Source: a virus. Taken from it: a DNA stretch of 40,541 bases. Shown piece by piece: positions 9,269 through 18,978 of this stretch. The notes beneath the pieces were generated by a model. The model ran no database searches, had not been told where the DNA came from, and worked only from the letters and a program-made list of their open reading frames with translations. Position 1 is the first letter of the stretch. Each line of letters opens with the position of its first letter. The DNA lies in the UHGV virus genome UHGV-1362492; one strand, 5' to 3'. The position numbers and the translations under genes were made by a program.

Positions 9269-9793
9269 ATGTTTAAGACAGGACTACAGTTATTTGCAGA
9301 GGCGGTATCCGGCAAGAAAATTGTGTATTTGTACAGGCTTTTAGAAAAAGCAAAAGAAGAAGCGGCCAAAAATCTTGCATTCACAACGGAAAATGGAAGA
9401 ACAAAAAGCAAGGATGCAGACTCTACAGCAACGAAGGATGGAACGATTCGCACACCTGGGGCTGCGGAAACAGAAATCACAGCTACTGCTATCCTTGCGA
9501 AGAAAGATAAGTTAATCTCTGAGTTAGAGGACGCAATGGATTCGGATGAGTTGCTTGAAATCTGGGAAGCAAACCTTGAGGATCCGGCAGAACCTGGTCC
9601 GAATAAGTTCAAGGGCATGTATTTCCAGGGGTATCTCACGGAATTTGAGATCACATCCTCGGCAGATGAAAATGTAGAGGTGTCTCTTACTTTTGGTGTT
9701 AACGGCTCCGGAAAACGAGGGGATGTTACTGTGACTGCGCAGCAGCAGGAAGTAGCAGCTTATGTATTTAAGGATACGACACAGGAATCGTAA
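9269..9793 (+). CDS. major tail protein (phi13/TP901-like) carrying N-terminal LQLFA motif
   Basis: 174 aa, RBS AGAGGAGAA, position before chaperones/TMP. N-terminus MFKTGLQLFAEAVSG. Confidence 0.55.
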   Translation: MFKTGLQLFAEAVSGKKIVYLYRLLEKAKEEAAKNLAFTTENGRTKSKDADSTATKDGTIRTPGAAETEITATAILAKKDKLISELEDAMDSDELLEIWEANLEDPAEPGPNKFKGMYFQGYLTEFEITSSADENVEVSLTFGVNGSGKRGDVTVTAQQQEVAAYVFKDTTQES

Positions 9794-9908
9794 ATCCCTC
9801 TGGTGATACTGCCTTGATTAGTAGAGGGAGAATTTGTAAGGCGAAAAACGAATGATTATGTACATAGAGGGCGGCGAGACCGCTCTCTTTTTAATGGAGG
9901 AATAAAAA

Positions 9909-10319
9909 ATGATGGAATTAACAATTAACGGACAGGTGTACCAGTTTAAATTCGGAATGGGATTTTTGAGAGAAATCAACAAGCAGACAAATATGCCTGT
10001 GGATGGATTGCCGGGAGTAAAAAAAGACGTAGGATTCCGGTATGCGCTTATGAACTTAATAAATGGTGATCCGGATGCGTTGGTAAACATTCTTGATGTT
10101 GCGAATAAAGGGCAGAATCCGAGAGTGACAAGAGGCCTTTTGGATGAGTATATCGACGATGAGGACACAGATATTGATGAGCTTACAGAAACAGTAATGG
10201 GTTTCTTGGAGAGTGCCAATGCTACAAAAAAAGCTACGAAAGAGATTGCGGACGCTGTGGAGAAAGAGAAACAGAGAGTGGAAGAGGAAGAAGCGAAGAA
10301 GAGAGAGCTGATGATGTAG
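9909..10319 (+). CDS. tail assembly chaperone (gpG-like)
   Basis: 136 aa, acidic, between major tail and TMP. Confidence 0.5.
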   Translation: MMELTINGQVYQFKFGMGFLREINKQTNMPVDGLPGVKKDVGFRYALMNLINGDPDALVNILDVANKGQNPRVTRGLLDEYIDDEDTDIDELTETVMGFLESANATKKATKEIADAVEKEKQRVEEEEAKKRELMM

Positions 10320-10342
10320 ATTTTGAAGAATCCTACAGAGAG

Positions 10343-10657
10343 GTGGCGTTGAATTGTTTCCGGTATCTTGGCTTTAAGAGCTTTGAAGAAGTGGATAGGT
10401 TGACAATTCCAGAATACACCTTGCTCATGGAGGCTGTGCAGCTAAGAGAAGTAGATAAGGACTATCGAAATCATCTGCAAGCATTCTTGAATTTTGCTGT
10501 GAAAGCAGAGAAAAAGGTCGGAAAGAATAAGACTAAACCAGTTTATCAGAGATTCAGAAAGTTTTTTGATTACGAAAAAGAAGTAGATCGTGTGAGGAAC
10601 CGAAAGCAAAAAAATGAAAGATTGGACATAATCGGCAGAATGATGAAAGGAGAGTGA
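10343..10657 (+). CDS. hypothetical protein / second tail chaperone (gpT-like?), GTG start
   Basis: 104 aa in the -1 frame relative to 9909 ORF, but frame overlap is only a few nt and no slippery heptamer is visible. Confidence 0.35.
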   Translation: MALNCFRYLGFKSFEEVDRLTIPEYTLLMEAVQLREVDKDYRNHLQAFLNFAVKAEKKVGKNKTKPVYQRFRKFFDYEKEVDRVRNRKQKNERLDIIGRMMKGE

Positions 10658-10661
10658 TGGC

Positions 10662-13600
10662 ATGGCAGAAAGTTTTTCCGTGAAGGCAATATTGTCTGCG
10701 CAGGATAAGGGATTTAAATCCGCTTTTGGAGCAGCAACTAAATCAGTTAAAGAGCTAAAAAGCACGCTTATGGGTGGGATTGGCTTTGGAGCAATGATGG
10801 CAATTGGACAAAAAGCGGTATCTGTTGTGTCGGGAAGCCTTTCAGGACTAACCAAAGAAACGATTAGCACTTCGGATGCCATGCAAAAATTGCAGCAGGC
10901 AATGCGCTTTAGTGGATATGCTGAAGATGAAATACAGAGAATAGCCGGAGCAACTGGTACATTAAAAACCTATGCTGATAAAACAGTTTTTTCTCTGCAG
11001 GACGTAATGTCTACTTTTGGTTCGCTATCTGCGAATGGAGTTAAGGATGCAGAAAAATTGACAGAATCTGTTGGAAATGCGGTTGCCGTATTCGGCGGCG
11101 GCGCGCAGGAATTTAGTAGTGTTGCACTTGCATTCTCTCAAGCAATGGCATCCGGTGCTTTGCATGCGCAGGACTGGAATCAGATCGTCAATGCAAGCCC
11201 ACAGCTTGCTGGTGGATTAAGAAAGGAATTAATCAAATTAAATCCGATTTTGGGAGAGGATTTTAAACAAGCAATGGAAGATGGAGCTATCACAGCTGAC
11301 CTTCTCGGGCAGGCAATGGATAACATTGGAATGACGGACATGGCAAGGGAAGCCGCGCAGTCAGTTACGACATTCGAAGGAGCGATGGGAAATCTAGAGG
11401 CGACAGTTACAAGCGGAATGCAGTCCATTTACGATTCTTTTGTTAAAGGTAAGGCTGTGGATGCGATCAATCAATTTAACGGAAAAGTAGAAAGCGTGTT
11501 TTCCAGATTGCAGACTTGGATTCCAGCAACAATGATTCGCTTGGAGTCCTATTGGAAAATCTTGAAAAAAGAGGCTTCTCAAGTTTCTGGGGCTTTTGGG
11601 GATGCATTTGGAGCAATCCGAAAAGAACTCGGAAAACTTATTCCAGCATTTGGCTCTACTGAGAGTGTAAATGGTTTTCGTGATGCAATTCAGGGGGCTG
11701 GGGATGTGCTACAGGCGTTTGCTGGTTTTCTGGAAGAGCACGCTGATATTATTGCAAGAGTGATCGCTGAACTTCCGAAACTGATTGCTGGATACAAAGG
11801 CTTTAAAATCGTAAAACCTTTTATACCCATTGTAGCAGGATTTACGGGGGCAATCTTAAAACTTGCCGGAGCTGGAGTAAGTAAAATTGCCGGAAAATTA
11901 TTCAGAATTTCCAAAGGGCAAGAAGCGGTCGGTAAAAGTAGCGCTACAAGTTCTAAGACAATGCTTGCATCTGCTAAAGCATTCATGCTGTTGGGTGCAG
12001 GTGTTGCTCTGATCAGTGGTGGTTTCTTTTTGCTTGCGCAAGGAGCAAAGGCGGTTGCAGATTCCGGCCCTTTGGCAGTCGCTGTTTTAGTTGGTATGGT
12101 GGCAGCTGTGATTGGGCTTAGTGTAGGGATGATAAAGATGTTATCCACCATGTCTGGAGGCACAAAGAAACTTGCAGCCATGTCTACTGCGATGGTAGCA
12201 CTTGGAGGAAGTATTTTAATCATAAGTGCTGCATTTTGGGTGTTATCAGATGCAGCGATTAGAGTTTCAGAAGCGGGTCCTTTAGCAATAGGCGTTTTAG
12301 TCGGAATGGTAGCTGCAATCGCAGGTCTTTTGATCGTGGCAAAAATGGTAGCTCCGACTTTAACAGCCGGTGCAGTCGGTTTTGTAGCGTTTGGAGCAGC
12401 TGTTGTTTTGGCAGCGGCTGGAATTGCGGTATTGACCGTATCTGCAATTTCATTGGCGAATGCGGGACCGCTTGCTATTGGAGTCATGTTTGGCCTGATC
12501 GTAGCAATTGGTGGATTAATGGTCGTAGCGGCAGCAGTAGCACCCGTTTTAACCGCAGGAGCCGTTGGGCTGATCGCATTTGGAGCGGCAGCAGTCCTTG
12601 TAGGAGCAGCTGTTCTGCTTGCGAGCGCAGGATTGGCTTTGGTTGCAAGTGTTCTGCCAATTGTCGCTGAGTATGGACTGCAGGCATCTGTAGCAATCGG
12701 AGCATTAGGTGCTGCAATGACTGTGTTTGGAGCTGGTACGATTGTGGCAGGAGTAGGATGCGCTGCTCTTGCAGTGGGATTACTGGCAGTAGGAGCGGCG
12801 GTGCTTGGTGTTACGGTTGGAGTGGCTGCGTTCGGAGTTGCAATCGCAGCAGCGTGTGTTGGAGTGCTTGCAATGGCAGCAGCGTTATTGGCGGTAAATT
12901 CCAGCATGAAGTCAATTGCAAAGAATGCGAAAACAGCGCAGAAATCTATCGAGAGTATGAAAGATTCTGTAAGCATTGTGAATGATGGGCTGGATGCTCT
13001 TGGAAATAAAGCGAAAAGTGCGGTGAAGTCCATTGTCAGCGCATTTGATTCCGGCGCAGGAAAAGCAAGAAGCTCCGGACAGAAGCTCGGAGATAGCGCA
13101 AAAGAGGGTGTTCAGAGTGGATTGCAGCCAACGCAGGCGATTGCAATCAGAACGGTATCTGCAGTATTATCATCCTTGGCTTCCGGGGCAAGTGGCGCAT
13201 ACAGTAGCGGATACAACATAGGGTTAGGCTTCGCAAATGGTATGTCGTCAACCTTGGGATATATCAGATCAGTTGCGGCACAAATGGCTGCGGCTGCAGA
13301 TGCGGCAGTCAGGGCAAAAGCGAAAATCCACAGTCCGTCAAGAGTATTTGCCGGGCTGGGTGTCTATGTAGGAGAGGGATTTGCGCTTGGAATTGAGTCG
13401 ATGTCCAGAAAGGTTGCAGAAGCTACGCAGAACATTGTGGAGATTCCAACATTATCCACAGACATGAGAATGCGAGCTTCAGGTGCTTTGGATTCTGAAC
13501 TTTCCGGTGATTATTCCTATAACCGGAATACTACATACACAATCGTTGTACCGGTTGAATATAACGGCAGAGAAGCAGCGCGTGTTACGGCGGAATTTAC

Positions 13601-13667
13601 GCAGAAAGATCTGGAAAGACGTGAGAGTATGAAGATGAGACTGAAAGGAGAAAGAAGCCATGTATGA
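10662..13667 (+). CDS. tail tape measure protein
   Basis: 1001 aa, longest gene, central Gly/Ala-rich hydrophobic repeats, position. Confidence 0.8.
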   Translation: MAESFSVKAILSAQDKGFKSAFGAATKSVKELKSTLMGGIGFGAMMAIGQKAVSVVSGSLSGLTKETISTSDAMQKLQQAMRFSGYAEDEIQRIAGATGTLKTYADKTVFSLQDVMSTFGSLSANGVKDAEKLTESVGNAVAVFGGGAQEFSSVALAFSQAMASGALHAQDWNQIVNASPQLAGGLRKELIKLNPILGEDFKQAMEDGAITADLLGQAMDNIGMTDMAREAAQSVTTFEGAMGNLEATVTSGMQSIYDSFVKGKAVDAINQFNGKVESVFSRLQTWIPATMIRLESYWKILKKEASQVSGAFGDAFGAIRKELGKLIPAFGSTESVNGFRDAIQGAGDVLQAFAGFLEEHADIIARVIAELPKLIAGYKGFKIVKPFIPIVAGFTGAILKLAGAGVSKIAGKLFRISKGQEAVGKSSATSSKTMLASAKAFMLLGAGVALISGGFFLLAQGAKAVADSGPLAVAVLVGMVAAVIGLSVGMIKMLSTMSGGTKKLAAMSTAMVALGGSILIISAAFWVLSDAAIRVSEAGPLAIGVLVGMVAAIAGLLIVAKMVAPTLTAGAVGFVAFGAAVVLAAAGIAVLTVSAISLANAGPLAIGVMFGLIVAIGGLMVVAAAVAPVLTAGAVGLIAFGAAAVLVGAAVLLASAGLALVASVLPIVAEYGLQASVAIGALGAAMTVFGAGTIVAGVGCAALAVGLLAVGAAVLGVTVGVAAFGVAIAAACVGVLAMAAALLAVNSSMKSIAKNAKTAQKSIESMKDSVSIVNDGLDALGNKAKSAVKSIVSAFDSGAGKARSSGQKLGDSAKEGVQSGLQPTQAIAIRTVSAVLSSLASGASGAYSSGYNIGLGFANGMSSTLGYIRSVAAQMAAAADAAVRAKAKIHSPSRVFAGLGVYVGEGFALGIESMSRKVAEATQNIVEIPTLSTDMRMRASGALDSELSGDYSYNRNTTYTIVVPVEYNGREAARVTAEFTQKDLERRESMKMRLKGERSHV
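12040..12720 (+). repeat. in-frame tandem repeats (~189 nt / 63 aa units, GPLAIGVLVGMVAA…) inside tape measure gene
   Basis: Protein shows three to four consecutive copies of …AGPLA(I/V)GV(L/M)(V/F)G(M/L)(V/I)AA… with following TAGAVG(F/L)(V/I)AFGAA. Confidence 0.6.
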
Positions 13668-15192
13668 GTTTGTGGATACAAATAAGGCGGGGAGCAAAAG
13701 TTCCCTGCCGAGTGAGGCTCTGCAGATTGATGGGGCATATATTGAAAATCTAATTGATGGATATCGGACTCTGTACGTGACCGGTCGTGAGCTTTTGGGA
13801 TCGGAAATTTCGGAGAGAGAAATTGACCTTGTGGATGGGTCCGAGTATACGGGAAAGCGAGATACAACCAGAAGTATTACAGTTGGATACCAGTTGCTTT
13901 GCACATCCCCTAGAGAGTTTCAGGAAAAATTCAACAAACTCTCTGGAATCTTAAATAAGGAACAGGCAAAGCTGATTTTTGCAGATGAACCGGATAAATA
14001 TTTTATCGGGACGAAATCAAGTGTTGGAGATGTAGAACCAGGCAGATTGAACGTAAAAAGCGAATTTACTTTTTATTGTTGTGATCCACGGAAATATTCT
14101 GCAGCGGAAAAATCGTTTACCGCTCATCAGGAAAGCGGATATCAGACGCTTACTATTGTAAATGGTGGTACAGAATCCGTTCCGGTAAGCTACGATATCA
14201 CTCACAACCATGAAAATGGATTTATTGGGATTGCCAGTAAATACGGTGCAATACAACTCGGCAAGATCGAAGAAGCAGACGGCGAAGACTATAAGGCATC
14301 AGAGATACTGTCAGAGGGGTATAGCCTGTTTCAAGACGATCATGGTACCTCTTATCAGAATCCAGAAAACACCACACAGGGAGCGTTGGAAGTGCGGAAT
14401 GTTGCTGGATACAATGTGATGGCATTAAAAGGTGGACAAGCAACATCCGGGTACTGGAACGGCGGAATGAGAACACTCACCATTCCAGTTGACAGCGAGG
14501 GCAGACGTGGGGCAAAGAACTTTTACTGTTACACGCAGCACTGGTTCGAGACTGGATTGATGGGACAGACGGGAGCACAGACTATTGCGTTTCTTACAGG
14601 GAAAAATGAAGTGATCTGCTCTATGTCTATTAACAAGAGTGATACGGTTGGTAATACGGCGCATGTGGACTGGTTCGCACCACAAAACAAGAAGATCAAG
14701 ACACTGGATTTCCAGCCGACAGCTTATGAGGGAAACCCGTTTAATTTAAAGATGGGTGGCGGTCATAATGATTTTTTAAAAGAGGGTGACAGGCTACGGA
14801 TCTTTTGGTACGGTCAGTATTATTACTTTACTATCCCGGAGATTAAAGACATGGCGTGTGAGAAGATACAGGTCTGGATCGGGCAGTGGGGAAGTAGAGA
14901 TCTTGGAAATCAGCTGGTTACGCACAATTATTTAAAAAGTATCTGGTTCCGCAAGGATAACGTGGAAAAATACAGAGATGTGCCGAACCGGTATAAGTCC
15001 GGAGATGTGGTCTATATTGATGGAAATGATACAGCGGTTTATGTAAACGGGATGAAGCGGATGGAAGATGAAATCCGAGGAAGTAAGCATTTTCTGGTAC
15101 CGCCGGGAGAGACGGAGATCCAGTTCTCCTACTCGGCATTTAGCAGTCCTCCACCAACGATTAAAGCCAAAATAAGGGAGGCGTATTTATAA
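13660..15192 (+). CDS. distal tail protein (Dit)
   Basis: 510 aa directly after TMP, start overlapping TMP end. Confidence 0.55.
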   Translation: MYEFVDTNKAGSKSSLPSEALQIDGAYIENLIDGYRTLYVTGRELLGSEISEREIDLVDGSEYTGKRDTTRSITVGYQLLCTSPREFQEKFNKLSGILNKEQAKLIFADEPDKYFIGTKSSVGDVEPGRLNVKSEFTFYCCDPRKYSAAEKSFTAHQESGYQTLTIVNGGTESVPVSYDITHNHENGFIGIASKYGAIQLGKIEEADGEDYKASEILSEGYSLFQDDHGTSYQNPENTTQGALEVRNVAGYNVMALKGGQATSGYWNGGMRTLTIPVDSEGRRGAKNFYCYTQHWFETGLMGQTGAQTIAFLTGKNEVICSMSINKSDTVGNTAHVDWFAPQNKKIKTLDFQPTAYEGNPFNLKMGGGHNDFLKEGDRLRIFWYGQYYYFTIPEIKDMACEKIQVWIGQWGSRDLGNQLVTHNYLKSIWFRKDNVEKYRDVPNRYKSGDVVYIDGNDTAVYVNGMKRMEDEIRGSKHFLVPPGETEIQFSYSAFSSPPPTIKAKIREAYL

Positions 15193-17183
15193 TGAATGAA
15201 ATCAGAATTGCCGTACTGAATCCACATGACAGGGTGCTTGCATTTTTGGATAACACCCATCGAAACTCTATGCATTATTGGAGTGACGAACTCCATGAAT
15301 ATCTGCAGGGGACAGCGAATACTTACACATTTACGGTAAGTTCCAAGCATGAGGATGCGGTGTATATCGTAGAAGGGAATAAAGTAGCCTTTGTATATAA
15401 CGGAAAAGACTACTATCTGAATATCGTACATGTGGAAAAGGATGAATTTACAGTTACTGCGACAGCATGGTCCCTGTCCTTTGAATTGATCAATGAGAAT
15501 GTGGGTGCGTACAAATCTGAAAGCGCAATGAGCTTTGAGGAATATGTAACTGCCTTTGATCCGGAACGTACCGTGCGGATCGGGATCAATGAAGTGTCGG
15601 ATAAGCGGATTTCAAACGAATGGACAGGTGAGGCAACGGTACTGTCCCGTTTATTTTCCGTGGCAAACGTATTCGATGCGGAGATTGAGTTCCAAACAGT
15701 CCTAAATGATGATTATTCACTGAAAGAAATTGTAATGAACGTGTATCGGGAACACTCAGACAATAACACGGGAGTTGGGGAGTTCCGGGGAGATATCAAA
15801 CTGCGGTACGGGAAAAATGTTACCGGCATCAGGAAGGAATCCAGTATCGAAAACCTGTACACCGGTATCCGTCCAACAGGAAAGGATGGACTGACTATAC
15901 AGGGAATTGAGAAAGAAGAGCTGGATGAGAACGGTGTAGTAGAGTTTTATACACAAGGTCCAGATATCCGGGCACCACAGGCAAGAGATCGCTTCCCATC
16001 GAATCTGATAAACAAGGAAGACGGATACATCTTTATGCCAAAATCCTACGATACGGATAATAAAGACAAGCTGTACAGTATGGCACTGTCAGATCTTAAA
16101 ACCGCATCTGAACCGGTCGTGACTTATGATGTAACGGGATACTTTGATACTGCTATCGGAGATACCGTGGAGATTGAGGATGAGGAGTACGTTCCTACCT
16201 TATACTTGAGTGCAAGAGTATCGGAGCAGGTTCGCAGTTTCACGAATCCGCAAGCAAACAAGACAGTCTTTACCAATTTTAAAGAGCTACAGTCGGAAAT
16301 CTCTGAAGATTTGCTGCAGAAAGTAGAGGATCTGATTAACAAAACAAAGATTTACACCAGCAGTATCTCTACGGATAACGGAATTGTATTTAAAAATAAT
16401 GAAGGCTTTACCAACTTGACTGCCAATGTAATAGATAATGGGGTAGATCGGACAGACAATTTCACAATTCGATGGTTTAAGGATGGAAATCATATTTATG
16501 CCGGTCGGACCATAAAAGTTCGAGCTTTGGATGTGGAGAGCAAGGCGGTCTACAAATTTGAAGCAAGGGATACGGAGGGAATCCTTCGAGGATTCGAAGA
16601 GGTTACGGTTATGGATGTATCCGATGGAACAGACGGAGAGGATGCAGCAATCAAGTCGGATACCCCGCCGGACGATAAGACCAAGCTCTGGTACGATACA
16701 GTCAATAACGTGTTTAAGTACTGGGATGGCGAAAAATGGGTGGAAGCATACACGGAAGACATCGAGGATGCGAAAGATGCTGCGGGAAATGCTCAGGAAT
16801 CCGCAAATACAGCAATCTCTAGCGTAACGAATATCAACACTAGCTTCGAAAAATACAAAAATGAAGTCCGAGCCGAATTTAAAAATACAGTAGAGTATGT
16901 GAATGGTAAGACCGAGGTGGTTGATACATGGGTGCGGCAGGGGTCGGATGGCGTAACACCGTTTCTGGAACTTGGCGGAACAGGAAACGACCTAAAAGCA
17001 AGATTAACAAACTCCAGATTGGGATTTTACGAGGGCGATAAGGGATTGGCATATTTTGGGAACGAGAAAGCGTATATGCCGGTTGCAGAAATTGACAATC
17101 TAAGTGCAAAGAGAGTTGGTGTAGGCAACTATGCTATGCTGGACAATGGGGATGGACACCTATCTATAATCTATATCGAGTAA
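15192..17183 (+). CDS. tail-associated protein (Tal / prophage tail endopeptidase-like)
   Basis: 663 aa following Dit with ATGA overlap. Confidence 0.55.
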   Translation: MNEIRIAVLNPHDRVLAFLDNTHRNSMHYWSDELHEYLQGTANTYTFTVSSKHEDAVYIVEGNKVAFVYNGKDYYLNIVHVEKDEFTVTATAWSLSFELINENVGAYKSESAMSFEEYVTAFDPERTVRIGINEVSDKRISNEWTGEATVLSRLFSVANVFDAEIEFQTVLNDDYSLKEIVMNVYREHSDNNTGVGEFRGDIKLRYGKNVTGIRKESSIENLYTGIRPTGKDGLTIQGIEKEELDENGVVEFYTQGPDIRAPQARDRFPSNLINKEDGYIFMPKSYDTDNKDKLYSMALSDLKTASEPVVTYDVTGYFDTAIGDTVEIEDEEYVPTLYLSARVSEQVRSFTNPQANKTVFTNFKELQSEISEDLLQKVEDLINKTKIYTSSISTDNGIVFKNNEGFTNLTANVIDNGVDRTDNFTIRWFKDGNHIYAGRTIKVRALDVESKAVYKFEARDTEGILRGFEEVTVMDVSDGTDGEDAAIKSDTPPDDKTKLWYDTVNNVFKYWDGEKWVEAYTEDIEDAKDAAGNAQESANTAISSVTNINTSFEKYKNEVRAEFKNTVEYVNGKTEVVDTWVRQGSDGVTPFLELGGTGNDLKARLTNSRLGFYEGDKGLAYFGNEKAYMPVAEIDNLSAKRVGVGNYAMLDNGDGHLSIIYIE

Positions 17184-17193
17184 GGAGAGAAAA

Positions 17194-18612
17194 ATGGCAG
17201 GGACAGGAAGAATCTATGTCACGGCAGTACGTGGAGTAGGAGATGTTAATCTCACGCATAAATATGATGTAGATATCAGATTTGATATCGCATTTGACTT
17301 TGGTGGATACAATTACGGCGGCGCACCGTACAGCATGAGTTGTGATGGACAGAACACCTCCGGTAGTGCGACATTTGCAGTCGGCAGTGGCGGCGGACAA
17401 TGGATCTGGACGAATATCGGCGGAACGAAGACGTTCCGGATTACGATGCCAACGAGCGGACAATCAAAGAAGATCGGCTTTTCCGCGACGGTCAATACAG
17501 GAGTTAATCCAGCCACGATCTCAGCGAGTGGGGAATACACCTTGTCGGCTATTACGTGGGAGCATACAGTATCTTATAATGCAAATGGCGGGACCGGTGC
17601 TCCAGACACCCAGAAAAAGATATACGGATCCGTATTAACACTATCTTCTGTGCGTCCCACAAGAGGTGGCTATGTATTTATGGGCTGGGCAACATCGTCC
17701 GCTGGAGACGTAGCATACATGCCGGGATCAACGTACGGTGCCGATGCGGATGTGACTCTTTATGCAGTTTGGCAGATCGCGTACATTAAGCCGACAATTA
17801 CCAGGTTGACTGCATTGCGATGCGACTCTAAGGGATCACCAAAAAGTGATGGCACGCACATTAAAGTCACTGGGAGTTGGCAAGTAGACCAGACCTTAAA
17901 TAGCTCTAACAAGGCAACCAGTGTCAGGATAGATTACCAGGAGACTGCTTCTGGAAGTCCGGTGAAAGCAAGCGAAACATACCCAAACACGACAAGCGGA
18001 AAGATTTCCCAAATAATCGGGAATGGGAAAATATCCACGGGGAGTGTGTACTTTGTTATCGTCACAATCACAGACTTGGGTGGCAATCGGCAGGAAACCG
18101 TGATTGTACCAGCGCAAACCAGATCGATAGACATCGCCAGAAAAGGGCGCAGCGTTGCGATTGGTGGAGTCGCGAGTGACGAGAAAGACGGATTTGATGT
18201 CTATATGGAAACAAGATTTAAGGACAAGGTACTGGTGGAAAAGGACGGAGTTACGCTCGATCTGGGATCGTACAAAACATTTGACTCCGGGGAAATCAAA
18301 GGTCCTTATTCCCACATAAACTCTGGGAATCATATCCACGTTTGGCTTACTAAGGTTGGTCGAGTGGTTTATTGTAAAATCGAGATGCTTGCGCAATTTC
18401 CGAATACAGGTAGTTACAACGAATTTGATGAAGTGATCATACCGGATGAGTTCGTACCATTAGCGCACCATTTTTGTAGTTTTGCCGAGGTTGTAGCAGG
18501 CACGGTCGTTGGGACTGGAAGATACCGAATTGGAGATAAAATCTCTATGGATGTTGGGAATGCAACTTACGCAGAGCGGACAATCTGCACATCTTGGATA
18601 TCCGCAATTTAA
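17194..18612 (+). CDS. tail fibre / receptor-binding protein with Listeria-Bacteroides (InlB B) repeat
   Basis: Segment NANGGTGAPDTQKKIYGSVLTLSSVRPTRGGYVFMGWATSSAGDVAYMPGSTYGADADVTLYAVW matches the B-repeat pattern. Last gene of tail module. Confidence 0.55.
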   Translation: MAGTGRIYVTAVRGVGDVNLTHKYDVDIRFDIAFDFGGYNYGGAPYSMSCDGQNTSGSATFAVGSGGGQWIWTNIGGTKTFRITMPTSGQSKKIGFSATVNTGVNPATISASGEYTLSAITWEHTVSYNANGGTGAPDTQKKIYGSVLTLSSVRPTRGGYVFMGWATSSAGDVAYMPGSTYGADADVTLYAVWQIAYIKPTITRLTALRCDSKGSPKSDGTHIKVTGSWQVDQTLNSSNKATSVRIDYQETASGSPVKASETYPNTTSGKISQIIGNGKISTGSVYFVIVTITDLGGNRQETVIVPAQTRSIDIARKGRSVAIGGVASDEKDGFDVYMETRFKDKVLVEKDGVTLDLGSYKTFDSGEIKGPYSHINSGNHIHVWLTKVGRVVYCKIEMLAQFPNTGSYNEFDEVIIPDEFVPLAHHFCSFAEVVAGTVVGTGRYRIGDKISMDVGNATYAERTICTSWISAI

Positions 18613-18683
18613 GGAGTGAATATGGAGATCAGAGCAAGACCGTGATGGTCTTATTTTTATACTTTAAAAACCGGAGGGAAAAC

Positions 18684-18965
18684 ATGACAGAAAATGAAGT
18701 AGAAGTGAAACTTGCAGAGCACGGAAAAGAAATCGGCTCATTAAAGCATCGAATGAAAGAAGCAGAGGACGTTGTGAGCGTGGTACATCAACTGGCACAA
18801 GAAATGGTAGGGCTAACCAAAGAGGTCGGCTTCATGAACCAGACGTTGGTACAACTCACCGCAAAGGTGACGCATCTTGAGCAGACACCAGCTAAGAGAT
18901 GGGATGGGGTTGTTACCGCTCTCATTGGAGCTATTATCGGTGCAGTAGCAGCAATGCTTTTTTAA
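18684..18965 (+). CDS. XhlA-like membrane protein (haemolysin XhlA family), lysis accessory
   Basis: ATG 18684 after GGAGGG. N-terminal coiled coil + C-terminal TM (VVTALIGAIIGAVAAMLF). Precedes holin. Confidence 0.5.
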   Translation: MTENEVEVKLAEHGKEIGSLKHRMKEAEDVVSVVHQLAQEMVGLTKEVGFMNQTLVQLTAKVTHLEQTPAKRWDGVVTALIGAIIGAVAAMLF

Positions 18966-18978
18966 AGGAGGTAGAACC

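Noticed and set aside
10300-10345. Programmed -1 frameshift between tail chaperone ORFs
   Set aside because: Frame relationship is right, but the overlap is ~4 nt and there is no slippery heptamer. Left as two ORFs.
12040-12720. Possible CRISPR-like periodic repeats
   Set aside because: Periodicity is in-frame protein-coding repeat inside the TMP. No repeat-spacer architecture or cas genes anywhere in the window.
11690-13033. 447-aa minus-strand ORF (Ala/Pro/Thr-rich) antisense to the tape measure gene
   Set aside because: Arises from the GC-rich, stop-poor Gly/Ala codon repeats of the TMP. Composition is low-complexity and there is no RBS context, so it is an artefact of the sense-strand repeat.
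17194-18612. Diversity-generating retroelement targeting the receptor-binding protein
   Set aside because: No reverse-transcriptase ORF and no template/variable repeat pair detected in the window.
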